DNA of 63,199 nt, counting the filler, from Octopus bimaculoides (lineage: Eukaryota): the NCBI RefSeq assembly GCF_001194135.2. It is 8 parts of 8 records of this genome, joined end to end, with 100 filler letters (N's around TTAATTAATTAA, not from the genome) between each part and the next. Parts side by side here need not be neighbours in the genome. Positions count along the whole stretch, not along the records: positions 21,672 to 28,306 come from NC_068989.1; positions 28,407 to 39,670 come from NC_068981.1; 6 more parts are not named here. One strand, 5' to 3'. The translations under genes were made by a program, and so were the position numbers. The stretch's first letter is position 1. Every line of letters starts with the position of its first letter. This document shows, piece after piece, positions 24,699 to 35,622 of this stretch. The notes under the pieces are model-generated. The model was not told where the DNA came from. It saw only the letters and a list, made by a program, of their open reading frames with translations, and ran no database searches.

Positions 24699-26893
24699 CA
24701 CTGTGTCACAAACCTTTTTTTTTTTGTCTGGTGCCTTGAATATTTCAACGAATTTCTAAGTGATTTTACCAGCTACATTCCAAAATAACTTCGGTTTTTC
24801 TGTATCAGGTCTAGTTTTCTAACGAAACCTGATAGAGTAAGTATTTTATTCATACAAAAGGCATATAGTATGAATCAATAAAGAGAGCGTAACACAAAAC
24901 AAAACGAAGTACAAATAAACATTCAAAATTGAAAATGCGCATTGTTTAAGATTCTTGGCAGAAAATTCAAGGAATAAATTTGCGCTTCTTTGTGCACCTT
25001 GAATGTTGAGCAACAGGAGTATCTCGTTTTAAACACCAGCAATAATCTGCCATCATCACAGCATCCTAACGTCCTTGGTACTGAGTTTCCATCTCCTTGA
25101 TGACTGATGGAATCGTTCGCCTTGTTCATCGCTAACATCTCCGAGATTTTCAGGAAAACAAACAAAATGACTAAAAAGATAATGCATTTTGATGCTCATA
25201 TTCGCGCCAATATCACGAAAAGTTGATATTAAGTTGGTAATAAGGTCTTAATAGTTTTCACTTTTGTGTTTCCCAAAGAAATTTTGCACTACTTCTGCAA
25301 AGGTTAGCCAAGCTGATGCTTCATTTTCGCTCATTACTTTCATGAGATTTGTATCCTTCAAGAGCTTACAGATTTGTGGTCCCTCAAAAATCGCTGCTTC
25401 AAATTTTTTCACTCGTCAAGTCCGGAAATACACTGCAGATATACTTGAAGTACTCCCCATTTTTGTCAAGAGCTTTGACGACTTACTTGATCAATCTGAG
25501 GTTGATGTGTAAAGGGGGAAAATGGTCTTATCTCGCTCAACTAAAGGTTGTCCAATATATTGGCAACTCTACATGGAGCCATATTTGTTCGAGGCGGCCA
25601 GTCTTTCTTAACATCGTGGTTTCCTTGGTCTCTACTGTTCCACATGCAAAGAAAGCATGGGTATTTGGTATAACCAGATTGCTGTCCCATGAGAAAATTC
25701 ACCATCTTTAAGTCAATGCAGATGACCCATTTATGGTCATGATACAGTATCTTCACTAAAACCAACTTAATTTCTTCAAATTTTTCCTTCAGAGTTGTTG
25801 CATGGCGGAGTGGGACAGAGCTATACACATTTCCATTGTGCAACAATACACATTTTAAACTACGCTTAGAGTTGTCTATAAAAAGACGCCACTCTTCTGA
25901 TTTGTATTCCTCAATGCCAAGTATATTAAAAAGCCCACTGACATCTCTGCAGTAAACCAGCTCTTCCTCTTTTGTGAAAAAAGAAAGGAACTCTTCATGC
26001 CGACTCCGATAAAATGTTATACGGACACCATTCTCGAGAAGATTCTTCTATTTCAGTCGAGAAGCAACAGTTCTGCAGAATTTTTTTGGACGTTCAAGTC
26101 ACGAACTAGATTATTCAACTCTACCTGGGAGAATAGCTGAGATAAAGTCTTAACTGAAAAGTCTTGATGTCTAGTGTCTTCTTCAGGTGATGAATCTTTT
26201 TTGGTTGAGGGTAAAGTTATCTGAGGCAAGACATTGAAGACAGGAACAGGAAGCTCTTCACTGTGTGGAAGCGGTCTAATAGTAGAGGCAAGATTAGGAT
26301 AGACAAGTGTTTGTTGATTTTTCCGGTTAATACCCTTCAAATTTAGGTTATAAAAATAGCAGTCGTCCACGTGATTAGAGGGCTCTCGCCATACCATTGG
26401 TATAGCAAACCTCATACTTTTCCTTGTCCCTTTGGTCCATTGTCACAAATGTTCTGTACATTGTTTGCAGACACTATGCGGTGCCCTTTATTTATCTTGG
26501 TCTTCCAGCTTGACCCCAAAATATGCCATATACACTCTTTCAACAAAATCAGTTATGTTTTTTCGATTTCCAGGTAATGTGTATTCTCCACAAACATAAC
26601 ATTTGGAGAATTAACGCCACGCTTTCTTGAAGAGGACATCTTGCTCATTTTATATTGCTTAGTTCACCACAACATCTAAAAAGTATGGAAAAAGAAAAAA
26701 AACTTAGAATTAGAATAAAGTAGCGAACACTGCGTACTGGACATACACACATACGTAGTGACTATAGGGATGTTCAATAACTTAAAAGCTAGATCTGATA
26801 GGCCAAAAAGAAGGTTATATTTGCATTCAGGAGACCAATTTTGTATAGGAATTATGTCTATTTCCTAAACACCAAAAACCTTGTAGACCAGTG
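24699..26893 (-). mobile_element. Chapaev3-like (CMC superfamily) DNA transposon, full length (2195 bp)
   Basis: Termini CACTG...CAGTG flanked by TAA on both sides (24696-98, 26894-96); shared subterminal motif TATCAG(G/A)TCTAG(T/C)TTT about 100 bp inside each end; contains a transposase pseudogene. Confidence 0.85.
24967..26648 (-). pseudogene. Chapaev3-type transposase (about 560 codons), multiple stops and frameshifts
   Basis: CYVCGEY...DQDK..APHSVCKQC...FAIPMVWREPSNHVDDCYF (Chapa zinc-finger-like); LHNGNVYSSVP; ICIDLK..GYTKYPCFLC; EGPQI; MSIKMHYLFSH..FPENLGDVSDEQGERFHQ. Confidence 0.9.
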
Positions 26894-27784
26894 TAATCAA
26901 TGTTCATACATACATGCATGAATGCCTACGTCCAGCTACACACAAGCGCCCTAATATTTGTGGCATCATTGATTTGTTTTCCATGTCTATGTCAGCTCAA
27001 CTCTTTTCGAACTCAGCGCACGTCGGATGTCTTTTCAAATTATGGAACACGGACCATGCTTTCTGTGCCCTCGCTTCTAGACACTCAACACTTACCTCTA
27101 TACAACCCTTGATTGGTCGCGGTATATATAAAGCTTTCCTGTCCCAACGTGCCAGCATGTCTCTTGTACTTTGTCGTCCCTGTTTACCCTCAGCAGCTGT
27201 ACACGAGCACAACGCCAGACACACTAGACCTTTGCACTTCTTTTAAGGCTCATGCCACAGAATGCACACTTTTGCTAGAAATTTCCCACTCATACTATGG
27301 ATTGAGAATGCACTCTCTCGCTTCAGCTCCTTTTGTTGAATGTCCGCGGCTGCACCGTCCTATCGCACATGTATACGCAATCTGTTACTGAATTACGCGC
27401 ACGCTCACTTAACGCTGCCACGAAACCGATATGCATGAAGCCCAGATTACACTCTATGCACACAAAGCGATATTGCATGCTATTCGAAATCACTCGAACA
27501 GATACCTGTATCGTATACATCACTTCAGATTCTTTCTCCTGATATCTACGATATTTCTGGCGTTGCATCACATCCACCTTTTTCTTTTCACCTGACATTC
27601 ACAATTTTGAACGTTTTTCACTTTTTGTATAGTGTACACTTCTGCATTTTTTCCTATTATCGTTAGTTTACTTTTTGACAAATTCTCTAAGGGGAAGAAG
27701 TGAAGTAACGAATAGCTTCCTGAATTTTAAGCTAGGATTTGAAACCGAATTTACAATTTTCATCTGGGAGATATCCCTTTACAG

Positions 27785-28080
27785 CAGTGGTTCCCAAAGT
27801 GGGCGGTATTGTCCCTCTGGGGGCGTTGGAAAGTTGAAGAAAAGTGGGACGACAATGGGGAAGCGATTCATGTTAAAAGTGGGACGATAATGGGGAAGCG
27901 ATTCAGGTAAAAACAAGAAAATCATGGATTCGTGAGGTTAAGTTTTATTTGTGAAATACAGTTTCTTTGAATTTGCTTCAGAAAGAGGGCTATGTTTGTG
28001 ATGGTTAGTTGGGGTAGGGTGCTAGGAATGTTGCCTGGGTGTCAAGAGGGCGGCAACCCGAAAAAGTTTGGAAACCACTG
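27785..28080. mobile_element. hAT (Charlie-type) MITE, 296 bp
   Basis: TIRs CAGTGGTTCCCAAA / TTTGGAAACCACTG; 8-bp TSD CTTTACAG / CTTTGGAG (6 of 8 match); internal 35-bp tandem duplication. Confidence 0.85.
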
Positions 28081-28731
28081 CTTTGGAGGCATATAGCGTT
28101 AAAAATACAGTATACTTCAAAACTAGGCGAAACGAAACCGCTTCGGAAGTGGACGAGAACGACAGATATCAATATTTCGCAGCTTTTGCAGCCCATCGGT
28201 GCGGATATTCGCCCCACTTTCGAAACGAAACCGAAATCGCCAGCTAGACGTATATATAAATAGTAGCAGAAAGTATTGTGAAATATTGATATCTGTCATA
28301 CTCGTTNNNNNNNNNNNNNNNNNNNNNNNNNNNNNNNNNNNNNNNNNNNNTTAATTAATTAANNNNNNNNNNNNNNNNNNNNNNNNNNNNNNNNNNNNNN
28401 NNNNNNATAAATACACTAAAAAGACCTGTAACAAAAATACAAAGTAATAAATATTAAAATAATTATTAATTTATTAGTCTATCATTTTAATATTTATTAC
28501 TTTGTATTTTTATTATAGATCTTTTTAGTGTATTTACTTATTGAATTTTTCTATATGTGACTGTGGATTTTCATGGATGAATTCAATAATTGTGGGGTTT
28601 TTTTCTCTAAATCATATATCTATATATTATATATTATGAAATTTAATTTAATTTTAATTTTGATAAATTAAATTAAATTAAATTTCCCCCTGTAAATTTG
28701 AATTTTTATCCCTAATATTATTATCATTATA

Positions 28732-28765
<34 letters not shown>

Positions 28766-28899
28766 GGTATAAATATAAAAATTTATTTTTACATATATAT
28801 ACATATTTTTACATACATATATTTTGACATGTGTGTATGTGTGTAGTTAAATAAGATTCGGGTAAAATTCCTGTAGTATGCTATGCGAAACTCGTCCAT

Positions 28900-29765
28900 C
28901 ATACAGTGGAAATGCTCCTGCCACTGGCTATACATCAGGAATTCCATTGTAACCGTAGAGTCCTATATACACACGCATATATGTATATATCATGTTACGA
29001 CTGTCGCTCTGTACCCAGCACCATATCACTAACCGTGTCACAAGACTGCTACAACCACTATAACTACTACCGCCATACTGTAACCACCTCTGCACCACTG
29101 TAACCACCACCACAACACTATAGTCACCTCTGCACTACTATAACCACCACACCGCTGTTGCTACCACCATTGCCCCACAGCCAAAACCACGTCAGTCTAG
29201 TCATCACTACACTGCTTTAACCAGGATCACACTACTATAACCTCTACAATCGCATCACTATAACCAGCACCACCACCACCACCACCACCGATCTTGCTAC
29301 CACTACACTCTTATGACCATCACTTCATTCCTGTAGCAACCTCCCACACGCCTCTCTAGCTACCTCCACAGTACTACAGCCATCATCATACCACTGTCAC
29401 AACCACCACTACGGTACTATAGCCTCTATAGTGCAATTCAATTACACTATTATCGTCACCTCTACGCTACTATAGACGCCAGCACTGCACTATAGACGCC
29501 AGCACTGCACTATAGACACCATTACGGTACTATGACCGCCACCATACATAGCTACCACTCCACCACAATAGCCTCAGTCATACTACTGTAGCCACTGCCA
29601 TGCCACTATACTCGCCGCCACAACACCACTATAGCTACCACCACTATCACACCAGTCTACCTAACACCACACCTCTATAGATGTAACTACGAGGGTACTA
29701 TATCCATTATAGCTTTAGCCAAATCATTGTATATCACCGCTCTACTGTAACCATCATCGCTACAC
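28900..29765. repeat. Degenerate CACTAC/TATAAC/CACCAC-rich minisatellite
   Basis: Recurrent CACTA(C/T)TATA(A/G)C(C) motifs; CTATAGACGCCAGCACTGCA repeated about 2.5 times near 29469; stops in all frames. Confidence 0.8.
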
Positions 29766-29767
29766 TA

Positions 29768-31423
29768 CAGGGGTCGGCTGAAAAGTTCATAGGCTGACTC
29801 AGATACTCTCATGGAACGTGACCAAATGAGGTTTATCATTCAACATAGTCCCCCTTGTGGTCCACACACTCCTTCCATCGGTGTTGCAGTGCTTCGATCC
29901 AATTGGTAAAGGAGCTTTCATCCTTGTTGGTCAATAAAGTCATCAGCAACAAATATGACGTCATCATCATGGCCACACTAGTTCCCAGCCAAGTATTTTT
30001 CATGTTGTGGAACAGCTGATAGTCAAATGGGGCCAAATCAGGAGAATAGAGAGAGTGATCAACCAGTTCAAAGCCACAGTTACGCACAGTAGCCATTCAA
30101 ACCAAGGACTTGTGTGCTGGAGCATTGTCCTGTTGAAACAAGACCCCTTTCGTCAGTTTTCTTAGGTGTTTTGTCTTGATATCCTTTAGTAACTGCCTCA
30201 GCAAGTTGGCATAGAACTCTCTATTGATGGCATGACCCTTTTGGAGAGCCAATAAACACAATGTCTTTTGCATCCCAAAAAACTGAGGCCATCACTTTCT
30301 CTTCAGATGAAACGACCTTGGTCTTCTTTGGAGCAGGTGAGGAGGGATGTTTCCACTGCATAGACCGTCTCTTTATCTCTGGGTCAAAGCGATAATGCCA
30401 ATACTCATCTAGGCTTAGGAAAACGATCAAGGAAACGAGCTGGAACTGCCTCAAACAATCTCAGATTTTCCCGCGATATGATCGGCCTGGTGCGCTTTTG
30501 ATCAGGTGTCAGAAGACGTGGTACTCACCGAGCAGAAGTCTTCGTCATGCCAAGTCCATAGAGCAGAATATTCTCAATCTTCTCGCGAGATATGCTAATC
30601 CCGTGAGGGAGTTGGGAATATTTGATTTATAGTCAATCGCCTGTCATGTGGCAAACACGATCAATGTTTTCCTCAGAGGTAGCAGTTGCCGGACGTCCAG
30701 ACCTTTAGGTCATCTTCAAGACTCTCCCTTCTCCTCCTATATTCAGCTGTCCACTTTTACACTGTTATTAAAGCTGGAGCGTCATCCCCTAATGCAACAA
30801 CCATATCAGCCTGGATGTCGTTGGGAGCTAAGCCTTTTTTCTGTAACTACATATATATATATACAGTGGAGGCGCAATGGCCCAGTGGTTAGGGCAGCGG
30901 ACTCGCGGTCATAGGATCGCGGTTTCGATTCCCAGACCGGGCGTTGTGAGTGTTTATTGAGCGAAAAACTCCTAAAGCTCCACAAGCCCTGCTGTACTAT
31001 TTTACCACAACTTTCTCTCACTCTTACTTCTTGTTTCTGTTGTGCCTGTAATTCAAAGGGTCAGCCTTGTCACGCTGAATATCCCCGAGAACTACCTTAA
31101 GGGTACATGTGTCTTTGGATTGCTCAGCCACTTGCACGTTAATTTCACGAGCAGGCTGTTCTGTTGATCGGATCAACTGGAACCCTCGACGTCGTAAGCG
31201 ACGGAGTGCCAACACACAATATCACTATGATGGCAAATACTGTCAATATTCAAAAGTCGCTACTAGTTAGTTTTGAAGTCTTCTTTGAACAGTCAGACGT
31301 CAGTTTATCAGGAAAGAAACAATACATTTATTAATAAGAATGGTTGAAATGAATGCATGCAAGATTTCACTGCTCTAGCATCACTCCTTCATAGTCAGCC
31401 TATAAACTGTTCAGCCGTCCTAG
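29768..31423 (-). mobile_element. Mariner (DD34D) element with both TIRs, interrupted by a SINE
   Basis: TA-CAGGGGTCGGCTGAAAAGTTCATAGGCTGAC and inverted TA-CTAGGACGGCTGAACAGTTTATAGGCTGAC; decayed transposase with QKKGLAPNDIQADMV..LGDDAP, ESLEDD, WKHPSSPAPKK, KVMASVFWD, QDNAPAH, YSPDLAPFDY. Confidence 0.95.
30865..31216 (+). mobile_element. SINE family C (tRNA-derived), full length, inserted in the mariner ORF
   Basis: A box TGGCCCAGTGG, B box GGTTTCGATTCC; tail CGTCGTAAGCGACGGAGTGCCAACAC; same head at 42946 and 61860. Confidence 0.9.
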
Positions 31424-31571
31424 TACTGTGTTCGCTAATACCGCACTACTATATCCAACACCACTATATCCAACACCACTATATCCAACACCACGCTTTT
31501 ACAGCTACAACAAACAAATGTCTATAGTTATATCACTATATACTACAGATTCGAACCCACATTTTCTATAA

Positions 31572-31964
31572 ACATGACAGACGTTCTACCATTGAAGCAA
31601 AGCAATCCTTCGAATTTCTCAGTTAGTCTTAGAAACGTTATTCTCACAAGCGAGAATTGTATGTTGCTTACGTCATAAGAATTGAGTAACTACGCGAAAA
31701 CATGAAATAATTCGGGGTTTTTTTTTTTGGTTTTTTTTTTAACAGTGGATCTCGAAGTAGATATATTCATCCAATATTTACACGCTGTTAGTTAAGGCTT
31801 TATCAATTTCGACTTCAACTGTTAAAAACAAAATAATTCTCTTGAAGTTCTAAAGTATTATAATTTAGCATCAAATTCTTGCTGTTAAGAATAAAGTTTT
31901 AGAAACTTTATTCTTAAAGAAATTCGAAGAATTGCTTTGTCCAATGGTAGAACATCTGTCATGT
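31572..31964. mobile_element. Foldback MITE with long imperfect TIRs
   Basis: ACATGACAGACGTTCTACCATTG vs its reverse complement at 31942-31964 (1 mismatch in 23); similarity extends about 90 bp inward. Confidence 0.75.
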
Positions 31965-32195
31965 ATCTTTTATCTTTTACTTGTTTCAGTCGTTTAGCTG
32001 CGGCCACGCTGGGGCACCGCCTTGAAGTCTTTTAGTCGAACAAATCGACTCTAGGACTTATTTCTTAAAGCCTAATATTTATTCTATCGGTGTCTTTTGC
32101 CGAACCGCTAGAGACGGGGACGTAAACACACCATCACCGGTTGTCAAGCGGTGGTGAGAGACAAACACGGACTGAAACACACACACTCATATGTC

Positions 32196-32227
<32 letters not shown>

Positions 32228-32384
32228 TGTGGCTGAATCCGTATATATACGAGTGAGTGGACAAACGAAAGAAATAGACACTCAACACGTAAAAACAAAC
32301 TAACGCCGGTTGTCACGAGATGACGAGGGGACAAACACGAACAGAAACACACACACACACACATATATATGTACACACACACAC

Positions 32385-32421
<37 letters not shown>

Positions 32422-32768
32422 NNNNNNNNNNNNNNNNNNNNNNNNNNNNNNNNNNNNNNNNNNNNNNNNNNNNNNNNNNNNNNNNNNNNNNNNNNNNNNN
32501 NNNNNNNNNNNNNNNNNNNNNNNNNNNNNNNNNNNNNNNNNNNNNNNNNNNNNNNNNNNNNNNNNNNNNNNNNNNNNNNNNNNNNNNNNNNNNNNNNNNN
32601 NNNNNNNNNNNNNNNNNNNNNNNNNNNNNNNNNNNNNNNNNNNNNNNNNNNNNNNNNNNNNNNNNNNNNNNNNNNNNNNNNNNNNNNNNNNNNNNNNNNN
32701 NNNNNNNNNNNNNNNNNNNNNNNNNNNNNNNNNNNNNNNNNNNNNNNNNNNNNNNNNNNNNNNNNNNN

Positions 32769-32800
<32 letters not shown>

Positions 32801-32962
32801 GCGCGCGCGATGAGTTTCCCCGCAGTTTACCAAATTCACTCACAAGGCTTTCATTGGGCCAGAGCCATAGTAGAAAAGGCATTTTTCCAAGTTCCTGCAC
32901 AGTAGACTGAACCCAAAACCACGTGGTTACGAAGTAAGCTTCTTAACCACACAGTCATGCCT
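31965..32962 (-). mobile_element. SINE family A copy split by microsatellites and a gap
   Basis: 3' half TTTTACTTGTTTCAGTC...GCGGCCA-GCTGGGGCACCGCC...GCCGAACCGCTA; 5' half at 32815-32962. Confidence 0.85.
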
Positions 32963-34024
32963 CGCCTATATAAAAAAATACGGAATGCTACACAATTAGC
33001 GTGTCACAAGTTAGCAGAAGCCATGCTAATCTTTATATCGTTCCAGTTTTCATATTTATCCTGTCGAAGCAACTTTCAACAAACGTCACCCAATTCTCTT
33101 GCGCGATTTCTTTTTATTGTGACAAATGTCTTTTCTCGGACTTAATAAGCCTTTTTAATGAGCCTTTAATTTGTTAGGTTGTCGACTGCTTGGTTGTGAG
33201 TCAAGATCACAAATATTTATGTTTCTTGACAAGATACTTTAATCCATTCATACTAGTCCAGTTCACAGAGATATGAGAAATGGGTACGACGATTTCCGTT
33301 GATGGTGTTAGGGGTAAGTCGTTGACTCTTATTCATTTATTACTACGACAACTGAAACTAAACGCCCCGCTCTATACATTGATGTGATTGATGGAAGAAT
33401 AAGCTGTCTACTTTTAGCATAATATGGAAGCCGTTGGCTGTTTATTGTCACCTGGTGTTCCTTGAAGAAATATTCATGAAAAATTAAAGTGCGGTAGATA
33501 AGCTTGTCAAAGATGACTGACAATTGTGAAACAGCTTTGAGTACATCGGAAAATAAATGTCTTAAAATACTCATTTGCTTTCTATGGGAGTCACGTGACT
33601 TATGACTGTTGGCTTTCATTCTTAGCTATGTATTTATTCTTGTTGAGCACTGGAGTCGATGTGATTGCCTTCTCCACTCCCCAAACTTGCTGACTTGATG
33701 TTGAAATTACAAAAAAAATTCTTAGCTGTGTACATACTTCGATAGATACATCAGCATGATTGCATATATACAAAACATACATTTTTACATACATACACAC
33801 TTACATGCATTCATACATACATACATACATACATACGTACGTACGTACGTACGTACATACGAATGTATACACACTTATATACATAGACACTCACACAGCC
33901 ATATATATATTATTGTGTCTGGAGAGAGTTATTCTCTTTTAGTGCCTTATTAATTTAAAACACTCACCGGTCCGATTTCCACACGAATTCACATAAAGAA
34001 CCTTGCAAACCAAATGCAAAAAAC

Positions 34025-34060
<36 letters not shown>

Positions 34061-35325
34061 ATATATTTTTTGTAATGAGATAAAAACCCAAGGATGTGTA
34101 TAATATGGAACATATAAATGTTCTATATTATACACAGCCTTGTTCTTTTATCTTATTACGAAAAGTAAATCCTTATATTCACACGCTGATATATGACCTA
34201 CGTTGGACCCCTTACTCGCATAACCACCGAACCTGGAGCTTAACTATGGTCTATCCATAGCACTTACTCACCATTACCTGAAACCTCTGGGTCTAATTGG
34301 CACAACTGTCGCTCATAACCTATATATATGNNNNNNNNNNNNNNNNNNNNNNNNNNNNNNNNNNNNNNNNNNNNNNNNNNNNNNNNNNNNNNNNNNNNNN
34401 NNNNNNNNNNNNNNNNNNNNNNNNNNNNNNNNNNNNNNNNNNNNNNNNNNNNNNNNNNNNNNNNNNNNNNNNNNNNNNNNNNNNNNNNNNNNNNNNNNNN
34501 NNNNNNNNNNNNNNNNNNNNNNNNNNNNNNNNNNNNNNNNNNNNNNNNNNNNNNNNNNNNNNNNNNNNNNNNNNNNNNNNNNNNNNNNNNNNNNNNNNNN
34601 NNNNNNNNNNNNNNNNNNNNNNNNNNNNNNNNNNNNNNNNNNNNNNNNNNNNNNNNNNNNNNNNNNNNNNNNNNNNNNNNNNNNNNNNNNNNNNNNNNNN
34701 NNNNNNNNNNNNNNNNNNNNNNNNNNNNNNNNNNNNNNNNNNNNNNNNNNNNNNNNNNNNNNNNNNNNNNNNNNNNNNNNNNNNNNNNNNNNNNNNNNNN
34801 NNNNNNNNNNNNNNNNNNNNNNNNNNNNNNNNNNNNNNNNNNNNNNNNNNNNNNNNNNNNNNNNNNNNNNNNNNNNNNNNNNNNNNNNNNNNNNNNNNNN
34901 NNNNNNNNNNNNNNNNNNNNNNNNNNNNNNNNNNNNNNNNNNNNNNNNNNNNNNNNNNNNNNNNNNNNNNNNNNNNNNNNNNNNNNNNNNNNNNNNNNNN
35001 NNNNNNNNNNNNNNNNNNNNNNNNNNNNNNNNNNNNNNNNNNNNNNNNNNNNNNNNNNNNNNNNNNNNNNNNNNNNNNNNNNNNNNNNNNNNNNNNNNNN
35101 NNNNNNNNNNNNNNNNNNNNNNNNNNNNNNNNNNNNNNNNNNNNNNNNNNNNNNNNNNNNNNNNNNNNNNNNNNNNNNNNNNNNNNNNNNNNNNNNNNNN
35201 NNNNNNNNNNNNNNNNNNNNNNNNNNNNNNNNNNNNNNNNNNNNNNNNNNNNNNNNNNNNNNNNNNNNNNNNNNNNNNNNNNNNNNNNNNNNNNNNNNNN
35301 NNNNNNNNNNNNNNNNNNNNNNNNC

Positions 35326-35622
35326 TCGGGTCGACCAATGCCTTGTGAGTGGATTTGGTAGACGGAAATTGAAAGAAGCCCGTCGTATATGTGTATATAT
35401 ATGTGTATGTGTGTGTTTGTATGTCTGTGTTTGTCCCCCCAACATCGCTTGACAACCGATGCTGGTGTGTTTATGTCCCCGTAACTTAGTGGTTCGGCAA
35501 AAGAGACCGATAGAATAAGTACTAGGCTTCCAAAGAATAAGTCCTGGGGTCGATTTCTTCGACTAAAGGCGGCGCTCCAGCATGGCCGCAGTCAAAAGAC
35601 TGAAACAAGTAAAAGTGTAAAA
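35326..35622 (+). mobile_element. SINE family A, 3' two thirds
   Basis: GCCTTGTGAGTGGATTTGGTAGACGG...GCGGCGCTCCAGCATGGCCGCAGTC...CTGAAACAAGTAAAAG. Confidence 0.95.
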
